Assembly: GCA_016873735.1 (NCBI GenBank)
Contig: VGWD01000011.1
Coordinates: 51 to 64,050, forward strand
Reading direction: 5' to 3'
DNA length: 64,000 nucleotides
Source: Ignavibacteria bacterium
GTDB taxonomy: Bacteria; Bacteroidota; Ignavibacteria; Kapaibacteriales; UBA961
Under the pieces are notes generated by a model, which was not told the DNA's origin, did not search any database, and saw nothing but the letters and a program-made list of their open reading frames with translations. Made by a program: the position numbers and the translations under genes. This document shows positions 19,427 to 30,234 of this stretch, in pieces; the stretch's first letter is position 1, and every line of letters begins with the position of its first letter.

Positions 19427-19569
19427 TGAATAGGAATTGAGATGAGACCGAAAAAAACAGCGTATTTTTGTCAAAATTACGGATTTGACCGCATTCGAAG
19501 GTCACAGGAACCACACCATAACATGCTTTGTTGGCATAACATTCCATAATCCCTGAAATATACCCCGAC

Positions 19570-22518
19570 ATGAGTCGTAACAAAACAATAAAATCGGAAC
19601 ACATTGTAAAATCCGATATACCTGAAGAACTCACTCATATTGCAATTCGAGGTGCGAGAGAGCATAATCTACGTAATATGTCATGTGATATTCCACGTGA
19701 TGAATTGGTGGTAATCACGGGCATTTCGGGTTCGGGAAAATCTTCACTTGCATTCGACACTATCTATGCTGAAGGACAAAGACGATATGTTGAATGTCTT
19801 TCTGCTTATGCAAGGCAATTCCTTGGCATGATGAAAAAGCCGGATATCGACAGCATTGAAGGATTGTCTCCTGCAATTTCAATTGAACAAAAATCCATAG
19901 GCAATAGCCCGCGATCGACAGTTGGAACAGTAACTGAAGTCTATGATTATCTGCGTTTGCTCTTTGCAAAAATCGGTATTCAACATTGTGTGGATTGTGA
20001 TATTCCAGTTCATAAGCAAACCACTGAACAATTGGTGAACATGCTGCTGACAAAACCAGCGGACATGCGAATCATGATTCTTGCACCGGTCGTTAAAGGC
20101 AGAAAAGGACATTATAAAGAACTCTTTGAGCAATTCAGGAAGCAAGGATATACTCGTGTTCGCATTGATGGTGAAATCACTGAGATTACAGAAGGAATGC
20201 AAGTCTCCAGATATCAGACTCATTCCATTGAACTCATGATCGATCGCCTGATGATCAATGCTGATGCTGAATCCAGACTGACCGAATCTCTTGAAATCGC
20301 GCTCAAATTAGGTGAGTCTGTCGTGATGATTCTCTCTGAAGAAAAATCAGGACAATGGAAAGAATCATTGTATTCAACCCTCAATACATGTCCTCAATGC
20401 GGAGCAGGCTATGATACGCTCGCCCCGAATGCATTTTCCTTCAACTCACCATTCGGCGCATGCGAAGATTGCGAAGGTTTGGGGATTGTTAGTGATTTCT
20501 CGGAAGATCTTCTCATACCCAATCCGAAACTTTCACTTGCCGAAGGTGCGATTGGACCACTGGGGAAAAAACGTAAAACGCAATTGTGGGATCAAATCAT
20601 TCAACTATCGAAGCAATTACGATTTGACCTTACAATACCATATGAGGAATTACCCGAAAACATTCGCACGATACTCATGCATGGAAGTCGTGACACCGTA
20701 AAGATTCAAGTACCTGGAACACGATCCATGTTCACTGCGCAAGTTAGATTTTCGGGCATTATTCCACATTATCGTGAAATGTATCATCAAACTTCTTCTT
20801 CGGACATCAAACAAAAATTGGAACAGGTGATGAGCGATGTGGAATGTGATACATGTTCCGGTGGAAGACTCAAGAATACTTCGCTTGCAGTGAAAATTGA
20901 TGGAAAAACTATTTCATATATCACAAAACTTGACATCACGCAAGGGATTGCCTATATGCAATCCTTAACAAAACGTTTATCCAAAAGAGAATTGATGATT
21001 GCTTCAGTGATTCTGAAGGAAATCATATCACGAATGGAATTTTTATTGAATGTCGGCTTGGATTATCTTTCGCTGGACAGATCTGCAAGAACATTGTCCG
21101 GAGGTGAATCTCAAAGGATTCGGCTTGCCTCTCAAATCGGATCACAATTGGTTGGCGTAACCTATGTGCTCGATGAACCCAGCATCGGTCTTCATCAACA
21201 TGATAATGGAAAATTGATTCAATCACTCAAGCAATTACGTGACTTAGGCAATACGGTGCTAATCGTTGAGCATGATCGAGAAATGATCGAACAGGCAGAT
21301 CATTTGATTGATATTGGGCCCGGTGCCGGTGTGCATGGAGGTACGATTGTCTATGAAGGTTCACCTGATGACATAAATGTATATACCAAAAAGAACACAC
21401 TGAAATTTCCCGATTCTACTACTGCACGCTATCTCTCCGGAGAGGATGACATTGAATTACCGGATGAAAGAAGAAAAGGTAATGGGCATACTCTTACATT
21501 GAAGGAAGCTACAGGACATAATCTGAAAGGCATTGATGTTTCTATTCCTCTTGGAACATGGACTTGCATTACCGGAATGAGTGGAAGTGGTAAGTCCACA
21601 CTCATGAATGACACATTATATCCAATACTCTCCCGACATTTTCATCATGCATTGATTTCTCCTCTTCCCTATGGATCCATCGAGGGTTTGGAGCATATCG
21701 ACAAAGTTATAGAAATCGATCAAGCTCCAATTGGGAGAACTCCAAGAAGCAATCCCGTAACATATACAGGCGTGTTCACGCAAATTCGTGATTTCTTCAC
21801 GCAACTTCCTGAGTCAAAAGTTCGCGGTTATAAGCAAGGTCGATTTTCATTCAATGTTCCCGGTGGTCGCTGTGAAGAATGCGAAGGAGCGGGAATGAAG
21901 AAAATCGAAATGAATTATCTGCCGGATGTCTATGTGAATTGCGATATGTGTGGCGGAAAGCGATATAACAATGAAACATTGCAGGTGAAGTACAAAGGAA
22001 AAACGATCGCAGATGTTCTTTCAATGACAATTGAAGAATCACTCGACTTTTTCAGTGAGCTATCTTCCATCAAGCGAAAACTGCAAACATTGCATGATGT
22101 GGGATTGGGATATATCACACTTGGTCAACAAGCACCTACATTATCCGGTGGCGAAGCTCAGCGCGTAAAACTCGCCACGGAACTTGCCAAAATATCAACC
22201 GGCAAAACACTCTATCTTTTGGATGAACCAACGACCGGTTTGCATTTTCAAGATATCACACATCTTGTTCGCATCATCAATAAATTGGTTGCGAAAGGCA
22301 ATACTGTGATTGTGATCGAACATAATCTCGATATGGTTAAATGTGCCGATTGGGTGATTGATCTTGGACCATATGGCGGATCGGGTGGAGGAGAAATCGT
22401 GGCGGAAGGAACACCTGAGACTATCGCCAAACACAAAAAGAGCATCACCGGAACATATCTCAAAAAAGAACTTGAACGCAGCAAGCTCATTCAACAAAAA
22501 AGGATATCTCAACACTGA
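19570..22518 (+). CDS. uvrA: Excinuclease ABC subunit A
   Basis: Two ABC modules, zinc fingers (CPQCG, CEECEG). 982 aa. Confidence 0.95.
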   Translation: MSRNKTIKSEHIVKSDIPEELTHIAIRGAREHNLRNMSCDIPRDELVVITGISGSGKSSLAFDTIYAEGQRRYVECLSAYARQFLGMMKKPDIDSIEGLSPAISIEQKSIGNSPRSTVGTVTEVYDYLRLLFAKIGIQHCVDCDIPVHKQTTEQLVNMLLTKPADMRIMILAPVVKGRKGHYKELFEQFRKQGYTRVRIDGEITEITEGMQVSRYQTHSIELMIDRLMINADAESRLTESLEIALKLGESVVMILSEEKSGQWKESLYSTLNTCPQCGAGYDTLAPNAFSFNSPFGACEDCEGLGIVSDFSEDLLIPNPKLSLAEGAIGPLGKKRKTQLWDQIIQLSKQLRFDLTIPYEELPENIRTILMHGSRDTVKIQVPGTRSMFTAQVRFSGIIPHYREMYHQTSSSDIKQKLEQVMSDVECDTCSGGRLKNTSLAVKIDGKTISYITKLDITQGIAYMQSLTKRLSKRELMIASVILKEIISRMEFLLNVGLDYLSLDRSARTLSGGESQRIRLASQIGSQLVGVTYVLDEPSIGLHQHDNGKLIQSLKQLRDLGNTVLIVEHDREMIEQADHLIDIGPGAGVHGGTIVYEGSPDDINVYTKKNTLKFPDSTTARYLSGEDDIELPDERRKGNGHTLTLKEATGHNLKGIDVSIPLGTWTCITGMSGSGKSTLMNDTLYPILSRHFHHALISPLPYGSIEGLEHIDKVIEIDQAPIGRTPRSNPVTYTGVFTQIRDFFTQLPESKVRGYKQGRFSFNVPGGRCEECEGAGMKKIEMNYLPDVYVNCDMCGGKRYNNETLQVKYKGKTIADVLSMTIEESLDFFSELSSIKRKLQTLHDVGLGYITLGQQAPTLSGGEAQRVKLATELAKISTGKTLYLLDEPTTGLHFQDITHLVRIINKLVAKGNTVIVIEHNLDMVKCADWVIDLGPYGGSGGGEIVAEGTPETIAKHKKSITGTYLKKELERSKLIQQKRISQH

Positions 22519-22525
22519 GATATCC
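22496..22525. terminator. Bidirectional terminator hairpin overlapping the uvrA stop (GGATATCTCA-ACAC-TGAGATATCC), A6/T6 flank
   Basis: Perfect 10-bp stem. The T-tract lies on the minus strand, so it can terminate the convergent gyrB-family gene. Confidence 0.6.
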
Positions 22526-22549
22526 TTTCATAAGCAATGCATGATTCAA

Positions 22550-24538
22550 TCACACATCAAGATTCTTCACATACTGCGCATTCTTTTCGATGAATTCTCT
22601 TCTGGGCTCCACTTTATCACCCATCAATGTATCGAATACCAACGCTGCCTCCGCAGCATTTTCAATGCTGACTTGAAGGAGTGTGCGTGTGTCTGGATTC
22701 ATGGTTGTTGACCACAATTGATCAGGATTCATCTCTCCAAGACCCTTGAATCGTTGAATATTTATACCATCGGCAGTGGTACTTTCAACTGTTTCGGGAT
22801 TCACATCATCAGAGCCGGTTTTGTCTTTTCTGATGCGCTTGATGATTTCATCACGCTCTTGATCATTATATGCATAATATTCCTGCTTGCCTTTCTTCAC
22901 TTTATAGAGTGGCGGCTGAGCGATGAACAATCGACCTGAATTGATGAGATCGCGCATATTGAGGAAAAAGAATGTCAAAAGCAATGTCCGAATATGAGAA
23001 CCATCCACATCGGCATCGGCCATGAGAATAATTTTACCATAACGACTTTTTTCTGCATCAAAATCTTCTCCAAATCCCGCGCCAAGAGCAGCGATGATTG
23101 TTCTGATTTCTTCATTGTCCAAAATCTTGTTGATGCGCGCGCGATGCGTATTCAGAATCTTGCCACGAAGCGGCAGAATTGCTTGGAAGCGACGATCTCT
23201 TCCCTGCTTTGCCGAACCACCCGCTGAATCACCCTCGACGAGATAGATTTCAGTATCCTCTGCGGTTCGAAGTGAACAATCCGCAAGTTTGCCTGGGAGA
23301 GCTGAACTCTCGAGCGCATTTTGTCTGCGGACAAGTTCGCGCGATTTCTTTGCCGCCATTCTGGCTTCAGCGGCAAGCGTTGCTTTTTCTATGATTTTCT
23401 TGGCAAGCTTTGGATTTGCATCAAGAAACACTGAAAGACTTTCATTCACTACTTGGCGAACAATCCCTTCAACATCACCATTACCCAATTTGGTTTTTGT
23501 CTGACCTTCAAATTGAGGCTCTGCAACTTTCACGCTGATGATTGCCGTCAAACCTTCGCGAAAATCTTCACCGGTAAGTGCGGCTTTTGTGAGATTATTT
23601 GATGTAGCATAGGAATTGATAGTACGCGTCAGAGCGGAACGGAATCCGGAAACATGGGTTCCGCCCTCAATAGTATTGATATTATTGACATAAGAAAGCA
23701 ATGTTTCGCTATAAGAATCATTGTATTCAAAACATACATCAACGATGGTATCTGCTCCAACATCGCTCTTACCGGAACCGGAAATGGAAACGGTTTCTGT
23801 CAATGCGGTCAGATGAGAATCGACATGGCGAACAAATTCTGAAAGTCCACCCGGATAATGATATTCTTCTGTTGTTGCATTTGCTTCATCAACCAATACC
23901 AAACTCACTTCGGGATTCAAGAATGCCAATTCACGTAAACGCTCAGCAACACGTGAAGCACGGAACTCCACGGTTTTGAAGATGGTATCATCAGGATAAA
24001 AACGTATCATCGTTCCGGTTTCTTTCGCTTTGCCGATTTCCTCGACGCCACTCACCGGATTTCCTCTGGAATATTCCTGCCTAAAGATTTTTCCTTCTCT
24101 CTTCACTGTGGCTTCAAGTTTTGTCGACAATGCATTGACGCAGGATACACCAACGCCATGCAAACCTCCTGAAACCTTATAGCTTCCCTTATCAAACTTT
24201 CCGCCTGCATGCAAAGTACAAAGCACAACTTCAAGTGTTGAAATTTTCTTGACAGGATGAGGTCCGGTAGGAATACCACGTCCATCATCTTGGACGGAGC
24301 AAGATCCATCACTATGAAGAGTTACGATGATCTTCTTGCAAAATCCTGCAAGTGCTTCATCAATTGAATTGTCTACCACTTCTTGAATCAAGTGATGCAA
24401 TCCACGATCGCTGATATCCCCGATATACATCGCCGGCCTCATTCGAACAGCTTCGAGCCCCTCGAGTACCTTGATGCTATCTTCAGAGTATTGTTTTCCT
24501 TTGCTTTTGAGATTCTGTTCGTCTTGTGATTCTGCCAT
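22550..24538 (-). CDS. gyrB: Type IIA topoisomerase B subunit (GyrB-like; C-terminus EPRREFIEKNAQYVKNLDV resembles GyrB)
   Basis: GHKL ATPase, TOPRIM (EGDSAGG). Start probably MAESQ (24538) rather than 24601. GyrB versus ParE not resolved. Confidence 0.65.
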   Translation of the reverse strand: MAESQDEQNLKSKGKQYSEDSIKVLEGLEAVRMRPAMYIGDISDRGLHHLIQEVVDNSIDEALAGFCKKIIVTLHSDGSCSVQDDGRGIPTGPHPVKKISTLEVVLCTLHAGGKFDKGSYKVSGGLHGVGVSCVNALSTKLEATVKREGKIFRQEYSRGNPVSGVEEIGKAKETGTMIRFYPDDTIFKTVEFRASRVAERLRELAFLNPEVSLVLVDEANATTEEYHYPGGLSEFVRHVDSHLTALTETVSISGSGKSDVGADTIVDVCFEYNDSYSETLLSYVNNINTIEGGTHVSGFRSALTRTINSYATSNNLTKAALTGEDFREGLTAIISVKVAEPQFEGQTKTKLGNGDVEGIVRQVVNESLSVFLDANPKLAKKIIEKATLAAEARMAAKKSRELVRRQNALESSALPGKLADCSLRTAEDTEIYLVEGDSAGGSAKQGRDRRFQAILPLRGKILNTHRARINKILDNEEIRTIIAALGAGFGEDFDAEKSRYGKIILMADADVDGSHIRTLLLTFFFLNMRDLINSGRLFIAQPPLYKVKKGKQEYYAYNDQERDEIIKRIRKDKTGSDDVNPETVESTTADGINIQRFKGLGEMNPDQLWSTTMNPDTRTLLQVSIENAAEAALVFDTLMGDKVEPRREFIEKNAQYVKNLDV

Positions 24539-24663
24539 TGTACTTGGTAGTAGTTGTGAAGAAAATCGATCCCGCGCTGCAATGCGGTACGATAGAGTCA
24601 ATCATTGAAAATTGATATGTAAAAATACGCAATTTTCATGAATGTTTTTCACTGAAAATTGCC

Positions 24664-25566
24664 TTATGTGCCATGTGGCCCGACTTTCGGAAGTGCTTGT
24701 TTTTTAAGGACATACGTATTAATCCATGATCGTATCTCCAGATTGCTTTCATGACGTCTCCCTGCAAGAATGTGATCGGCATTTTCATACATGATCAGTT
24801 TATAGGGATGACGGGCTTTTTGAAGAGCAATTCCAAGTCTGTAGGAGTGCATGGGGTCCACTCTTTTATCACCTGTTCCATGTAATACAAGCAAGGGAGT
24901 CGTCTTGCAGAGTTCTTGACAAAAGTACTCAGATGAACGCTTTAACTCCTCATCCGATCGTTCCTTGCTTTCATTTTGAAACTGTGCGAATGTTTTATAG
25001 ATATATGAATCTTTTGGAATGGAATCAAATGTTGTGGGGGCACCGATCGTAACTGCCGCACGAAAATCGTGCATGGTTCGCAGCATCATGAGTGCCATCA
25101 TTCCACCTCTGCTACCACCAATCAATCCAATGCGATCATGATCCACATAGGGAAGAGATTTCAAAAGAGGCAGCAAAGCTGCCGCATCAAGAACATCATT
25201 ACCTCCCCATTCTTCTTTGCCTTCGCTTCCGCCACAACCTCTATAATTGCTTGCTGCCACAACATATCCCCAACTGGCATATGTTACTGCATACATGGAG
25301 GCGGACTCGGCGGTCAAAGCACCTTTCTCACCTGTACCACCACGATTAAAAATCAAAGCAGGATATGTTGTAGCATTCTGTTGAGCAGGTGGAATAGCAA
25401 GAAAACCCGCAATGCGTAAACCTTGATGATGATAGATGATGCGGAATAATTGCACGGAAGAAAATGACAAAAAGTCTTCCGCACTCAATGCTCTTTTTTG
25501 AATATTGAGAATGGACTTTGGAATTGGTTCAGGATGTATTTCAATCAATTGACCATCAATCATCAT
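24664..25566 (-). CDS. Alpha/beta hydrolase (S9 peptidase/dienelactone hydrolase-like)
   Basis: GGSRGG nucleophile elbow, downstream Asp/His. Start uncertain; overlaps the SBP stop. Confidence 0.65.
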   Translation of the reverse strand: MMIDGQLIEIHPEPIPKSILNIQKRALSAEDFLSFSSVQLFRIIYHHQGLRIAGFLAIPPAQQNATTYPALIFNRGGTGEKGALTAESASMYAVTYASWGYVVAASNYRGCGGSEGKEEWGGNDVLDAAALLPLLKSLPYVDHDRIGLIGGSRGGMMALMMLRTMHDFRAAVTIGAPTTFDSIPKDSYIYKTFAQFQNESKERSDEELKRSSEYFCQELCKTTPLLVLHGTGDKRVDPMHSYRLGIALQKARHPYKLIMYENADHILAGRRHESNLEIRSWINTYVLKKQALPKVGPHGT

Positions 25567-27326
25567 TGCATCTTTGCAGGATTGAACCAAATGAATTTAT
25601 ACATGCGTTTATCCATCGCATTGGTTACATATCCTTCAACATAATCTTGAACTAGACGCCAATCTTCATCGTATTGAAGCACCATCATGGGAGCATCATT
25701 GATTGCGATTTGTTCGGCTTTGCGATATAATTCCATGCGCTTCAATCTATCTGTTTCAGAGAGTGCTTGTTCAAATATCACATCAAATGCAGGATTTTTA
25801 TATCTGGTATGATTGATCGGGCTTGGCTGATTTGCATTGCTAGGCACCAATTTACCATAAAGGAGATTCAGGAATGATTCGGGATCCGGATAATCGGCAA
25901 TCCAACCAAGTCTGAAAAACTCAACTTTGCCTGCATCCACTTCGTCAAGGTGACGTGCGAATTCCACTTGCTTCAATTTTACTTCTATGCCCAGATTCTT
26001 CTTTAATTGAGATTGTATTGCTTCTGCCAATTGAAGATTTCTACCTCCACCATTATTGAGCTGCAATGTGATTTCCAGACCTTTGCCTCCCGGATAACCC
26101 GCTTGAGCAAGAAGTGCGGGAGCTTGTTCAAGATCAAAGTCATACCCTTTGATTTGTGTTCCATTATAATCCGACATAGTTGGAGGAATAAGACCATGAA
26201 TGCCCGGTCCGGCGGATTGAGATTTGAGCACAAATTTTCTGATTTGAGATCTATCGATGCCCATATTCAGAGCTTTTCTGAGATTGATATTCCCGAATAC
26301 TTTTCCGGAATACAACATTCCATAATACTGTGTTGACAAAGCAGGGATATTCAACACTTTATAGTTTGCATAGGCAGGTTTTACTTTTTTGTTTTGATCA
26401 ACTACCTCTTCAAAGAATTCACTTGGAATCCGATAACTTTCTTCCAGATTTCCATTTTTACAGGCAACGAATTGATTCGTTATGTCCTTCATAAAACTGA
26501 ATGTTATGCCATCGAGATAAGGAAGCTGATTGCCATCTTTGTCTTTACCCCAATAGTGAGTATTTCTTGTGAGAACACATTCTCTTTCAGGAGACCAAGA
26601 AACAAATTTGAATGGACCTGTTCCAACAGGGTGCTGAAAGAAATCCCTTCCATACTTTTCAACGGCTTCTTTGGGATGAATGAGAGTAACACCAAGGGTT
26701 ACATAAAACTCAAATGGAGCGAATGGCTTTACGAGATCAATGCGAAATGTATAGTTGTCAACTGCAACGAAACCCGGAATGCCGGACACTTTGATTGGTG
26801 CATTGTTTGCTTGAGCTTCTATTGATGCATCATAATATTCTTTTGCACCGCGGACTTTTTCCTTGAAATACTCAGCACCGAGCGTTCTTGTTCTTGCATC
26901 ACAAATTCGAGTGAATGAATATACCACGTCTTGTGCTGTCAATTCTCTTCCCTTTCCATTTTTGAAACAAGGATCATCGTGAAATTTCACGCCTTTTCTC
27001 AAACGGTAAGTGTAGGACATGCCATCCGGAGAGACTTCCCAGGATTCAGCCAATTCCGGTTGAAGTCTTAGGTCACCATCATATGTCAACAGTGTCTCAT
27101 AGATTTGATCTGCTATGTGATGCGAAGTTGCATCATTTACTCCGACGGGATCGAGTGAGCGCAATTCAGCCATTTCATTTGCCCGGTATATTCCGCCTTT
27201 AAACTTGCCTCCTTTAGCTTCTTGCAAACCACCACCTGTTTGTTGTTCTCCGCCTCCGCAACCTATAAAGATGATAATCGAACACATGATGAATATGGAA
27301 CGAAGGAGTATCTGCTTGATATTCAT
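25563..27326 (-). CDS. ABC transporter substrate-binding protein, family 5 (peptide/nickel type), lipoprotein
   Basis: Signal + lipobox (FIGCGGG). SBP_bac_5 length and similarity. Confidence 0.8.
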   Translation of the reverse strand: MNIKQILLRSIFIMCSIIIFIGCGGGEQQTGGGLQEAKGGKFKGGIYRANEMAELRSLDPVGVNDATSHHIADQIYETLLTYDGDLRLQPELAESWEVSPDGMSYTYRLRKGVKFHDDPCFKNGKGRELTAQDVVYSFTRICDARTRTLGAEYFKEKVRGAKEYYDASIEAQANNAPIKVSGIPGFVAVDNYTFRIDLVKPFAPFEFYVTLGVTLIHPKEAVEKYGRDFFQHPVGTGPFKFVSWSPERECVLTRNTHYWGKDKDGNQLPYLDGITFSFMKDITNQFVACKNGNLEESYRIPSEFFEEVVDQNKKVKPAYANYKVLNIPALSTQYYGMLYSGKVFGNINLRKALNMGIDRSQIRKFVLKSQSAGPGIHGLIPPTMSDYNGTQIKGYDFDLEQAPALLAQAGYPGGKGLEITLQLNNGGGRNLQLAEAIQSQLKKNLGIEVKLKQVEFARHLDEVDAGKVEFFRLGWIADYPDPESFLNLLYGKLVPSNANQPSPINHTRYKNPAFDVIFEQALSETDRLKRMELYRKAEQIAINDAPMMVLQYDEDWRLVQDYVEGYVTNAMDKRMYKFIWFNPAKMQ

Positions 27327-27410
27327 GACAAAACACCTGAATATTGAATCAAATCTGAATGACTATGCAAAATTACGGCTTGGGTCATGGATTCTGATGA
27401 ATGGTGGAAA

Positions 27411-27447
27411 AAAAACGACATATAACCTTGGGCCATATGTCGTTCAT
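27411..27447 (-). terminator. Rho-independent terminator downstream of fmdB-like gene
   Basis: Perfect 10-bp stem AACGACATAT/ATATGTCGTT, followed on the minus strand by T8. Confidence 0.7.
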
Positions 27448-27465
27448 ATTTCACGCAGAATTGTG

Positions 27466-27693
27466 TCAAGATTCGGAAGAATCACCTTTTTTCACATAAT
27501 CAGTCAAGTAAAACCCCGAACCATTGAATACTAGTCCGGAACCGCCACTGATTTTTCTACAGACTTCTCCCTTGGCTTTTTCATCCTGGTCACAATATTC
27601 TTCAGGACAAAGGCCCAATGGTTCGGATGAAATTGACTGCAATACTTCAAAGTTTTTTGCGCATTTACGGCATTGATATTCATAAATTGGCAT
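27466..27693 (-). CDS. FmdB-family zinc-ribbon protein
   Basis: MPIYEYQCRKC...FEVLQ... second Cys pair. 75 aa. Confidence 0.8.
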   Translation of the reverse strand: MPIYEYQCRKCAKNFEVLQSISSEPLGLCPEEYCDQDEKAKGEVCRKISGGSGLVFNGSGFYLTDYVKKGDSSES

Positions 27694-27776
27694 GATGAAC
27701 CTCTGGATAACAATAGAAACCGGGTGCTCAAACGAATTTTTACGATATATATTGAATGAACATGCAAGATAATGAT

Positions 27777-28466
27777 ATGGTGATTAAGCCCATTGGCTAT
27801 TTCCACTGTTCTGTTGATGCAAAACATAGAATTCCTCGTCAACCGGATACTGAACTTGGAATTGATGGCATCATCAAGCTTGAAAAAGGATATGATTTTG
27901 AGCAAGCATTGACTGATCTGCATATGTTCACACATATATGGGTGATATACGGATTTCACGAGGCAAAAGGATGGAAACCCATGGTATTGCCACCAAGAGG
28001 AGAGAAGAAACGGGGAGTGTTTGCAACAAGATCACCATATCGCCCAAATTCCATAGGCATATCCGTATTGAACATCAAGAGTATCACAGGTTTGAATATC
28101 GCTGTGAGCGGTACGGATTTACTGGATAAAACACCGGTTTTCGACATAAAACCGTATATCCCTTATGCTGATGCGCGGCATGATGCAAATGCAGGATGGC
28201 TGGATACATTGAATCACATAGAAACAGAAATCATGTTGTCTGAGGTTTTGTCACAAACACAGAATGATGAGGAAGTTGCCGAAATAATCAAACATGCCGA
28301 ACAAATCCTGAGAGATTCTGCCAAACCTCATCCATATAGAAGAATCAAGCATATTGAAGATGATCTCTATGAATTGGCCATCAAAGAATGGAGACTTTAT
28401 TATCGCATCATCAATGAAAGATGCGTGCGAATCGAGTCAATTTCTCAACCCGGCTCAATGAAATAA
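27777..28466 (+). CDS. trmO: tRNA (m6t6A37) methyltransferase TrmO/YaeB family
   Basis: MVIKPIGYFHCS N-terminus typical of TsaA/YaeB. The ~230-aa length is normal for the family. Confidence 0.7.
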   Translation: MVIKPIGYFHCSVDAKHRIPRQPDTELGIDGIIKLEKGYDFEQALTDLHMFTHIWVIYGFHEAKGWKPMVLPPRGEKKRGVFATRSPYRPNSIGISVLNIKSITGLNIAVSGTDLLDKTPVFDIKPYIPYADARHDANAGWLDTLNHIETEIMLSEVLSQTQNDEEVAEIIKHAEQILRDSAKPHPYRRIKHIEDDLYELAIKEWRLYYRIINERCVRIESISQPGSMK

Positions 28467-30208
28467 GTTTGCAGGATGCCTTTCCCCTTTACATGAATAG
28501 GCTCTCTTTTGACAATCATGAATGGGACGGGATGATCTTGAACGATTTCGGATTGTCTTTTCACAACCTCAATGAATTCCGTGCTTGCATGTACATGACC
28601 TGGTTCTGAATAGGTTTCCATTCTGCTTGCTGTATTCACGGCATCACCCCATAGATCATATGAGTATTTGTTTTCACCGATGATTCCTCCAACCACATTC
28701 CCACAGTGCAGACCAACCCTAAACCGCATCTTCTTCTTTTCTCCACTTATGATGATCTCTCTATGGATATTCATCATTTCCAAAGCTGCATAAATGGTCT
28801 TCAAGGCATGATGTTCAACCTTCACATGGGCCCCGCATACAGCCATATATGCATCACCTATTGTTTTGATCTTTTCGAGGCCATGTCGATTTGATATCTC
28901 ATCAAATTCCGTGAAAATAGAATCCATCAAATCGAGTAATTCTTCGGGATCCAATCCTTCTGAAATCTCCGTGAAACTTGCGATGTCAAGAAAGAGAACA
29001 CAAACGGACATGAATTTATCAAGTACCTTTTTTTCTCCCTGCAACAATCTTGCGATTACAGCAGGAGGCAATATATTTTCCAATATGGCGGTCCGCTCAG
29101 CAGCGGCAATACGTTCTTCTTCAAATTCTTTTTCTTGCAACAATTTTACCCGTTCTGTTTCAAGTTCTTGCACTTGTTTTTTTACATCGGCATTCAATAA
29201 GGCATTCTCGATTTGTACATGTAATTTAAAATGCTCCAAACTCTTTTTGTATTCACCGACATATTCCCACAAAGAGCTGAGATCTTTATGAATGAACATG
29301 AGTTTTTCTTTCATGTCATGTTCTGTGGCTATGTCGAGCGCTGTATGCAAATACTCTTTTGCTTTTTCAATATCCCGAAATGAACAGTCAGGCTCGCTGT
29401 AGATAATTCCGAGATTATTGAAATTCTGAATCAATAAAGAAACATGATGCATTTCTTCAGAAAGATGCAAACTCTGATTGGAGTATTCCAATGCTTTGTC
29501 AAAATTCTTGAGTTGCATGTACATGTGAGCAAGATTGGCCAGCAAGAGAGCCAGTAGACGCTTATCATTCAACTCTTTGAAAATTTCTATGGATTGCAGG
29601 ATATAGTCAAGCCCTTGTTCATTATTCCCCAAATTACTGTGACTAACCCCGAGATTGCAGAGTATGCGACCGATCAAATGTCTGTCTTGAATCTGCTCGG
29701 CCAATTCCAGAGCTGTTTGTTGATAATCCAGGGCAGATGCAAATTCCAACATTTGGCTATATGCATTGCCGATATGCATATAACTCAATGCGGTTTCATG
29801 GTCATTTTCTTGTTCTTCGGAAATCCCCAATGCTTTGAGATGATAATCAATGGCTTTTGTATAATCACTGTTTGATGCATATGACACACCGAGCTTATTG
29901 CAGAGCTCGGCGGTTTCCTTCATCATCCCCTTTTTTTCATAAATACTGCCACTTTTTCTGATGAATTCTATGGATTGTCTGAATAAAGCAAGTTCATTGC
30001 TGAGCATGCCGAGAAGTGCATAAATCTCAGCAATGAGTAATTGATTGTCGGAAAGTAGCGCGGATTCCAATGCTTGTTGAGCAATGGCACACGATTCTTC
30101 AAATGAAGCTTTGCTCTGAAGATCGAGTGCTTTATTCAGAAGTGTGCGAGCAGTAGACTCGGCCACCATCTGTTCTCCGAGTAACTGTTGCGATTCGTCC
30201 ATGTGCAT
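28445..30208 (-). CDS. TPR-repeat protein fused to class III adenylate/guanylate cyclase (CHD) domain
   Basis: N-terminal ~350 aa of TPR-like repeats. C-terminal FLDIASFT...GDAYMAVCG...GLHCGNVVGG...WGDAVNTASRME cyclase motifs. Confidence 0.85.
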   Translation of the reverse strand: MHMDESQQLLGEQMVAESTARTLLNKALDLQSKASFEESCAIAQQALESALLSDNQLLIAEIYALLGMLSNELALFRQSIEFIRKSGSIYEKKGMMKETAELCNKLGVSYASNSDYTKAIDYHLKALGISEEQENDHETALSYMHIGNAYSQMLEFASALDYQQTALELAEQIQDRHLIGRILCNLGVSHSNLGNNEQGLDYILQSIEIFKELNDKRLLALLLANLAHMYMQLKNFDKALEYSNQSLHLSEEMHHVSLLIQNFNNLGIIYSEPDCSFRDIEKAKEYLHTALDIATEHDMKEKLMFIHKDLSSLWEYVGEYKKSLEHFKLHVQIENALLNADVKKQVQELETERVKLLQEKEFEEERIAAAERTAILENILPPAVIARLLQGEKKVLDKFMSVCVLFLDIASFTEISEGLDPEELLDLMDSIFTEFDEISNRHGLEKIKTIGDAYMAVCGAHVKVEHHALKTIYAALEMMNIHREIIISGEKKKMRFRVGLHCGNVVGGIIGENKYSYDLWGDAVNTASRMETYSEPGHVHASTEFIEVVKRQSEIVQDHPVPFMIVKREPIHVKGKGILQTYFIEPG

Positions 30209-30234
30209 GAAATATATTTGTGAAACGATATGGC

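Noticed and set aside
22550-24601. Calling the type IIA topoisomerase B subunit specifically ParE
   Set aside because: The C-terminal motif (EPRREFIEKNA..NLDV) and N-terminus fit GyrB at least as well. Without gyrA/parC context, ParE cannot be asserted.
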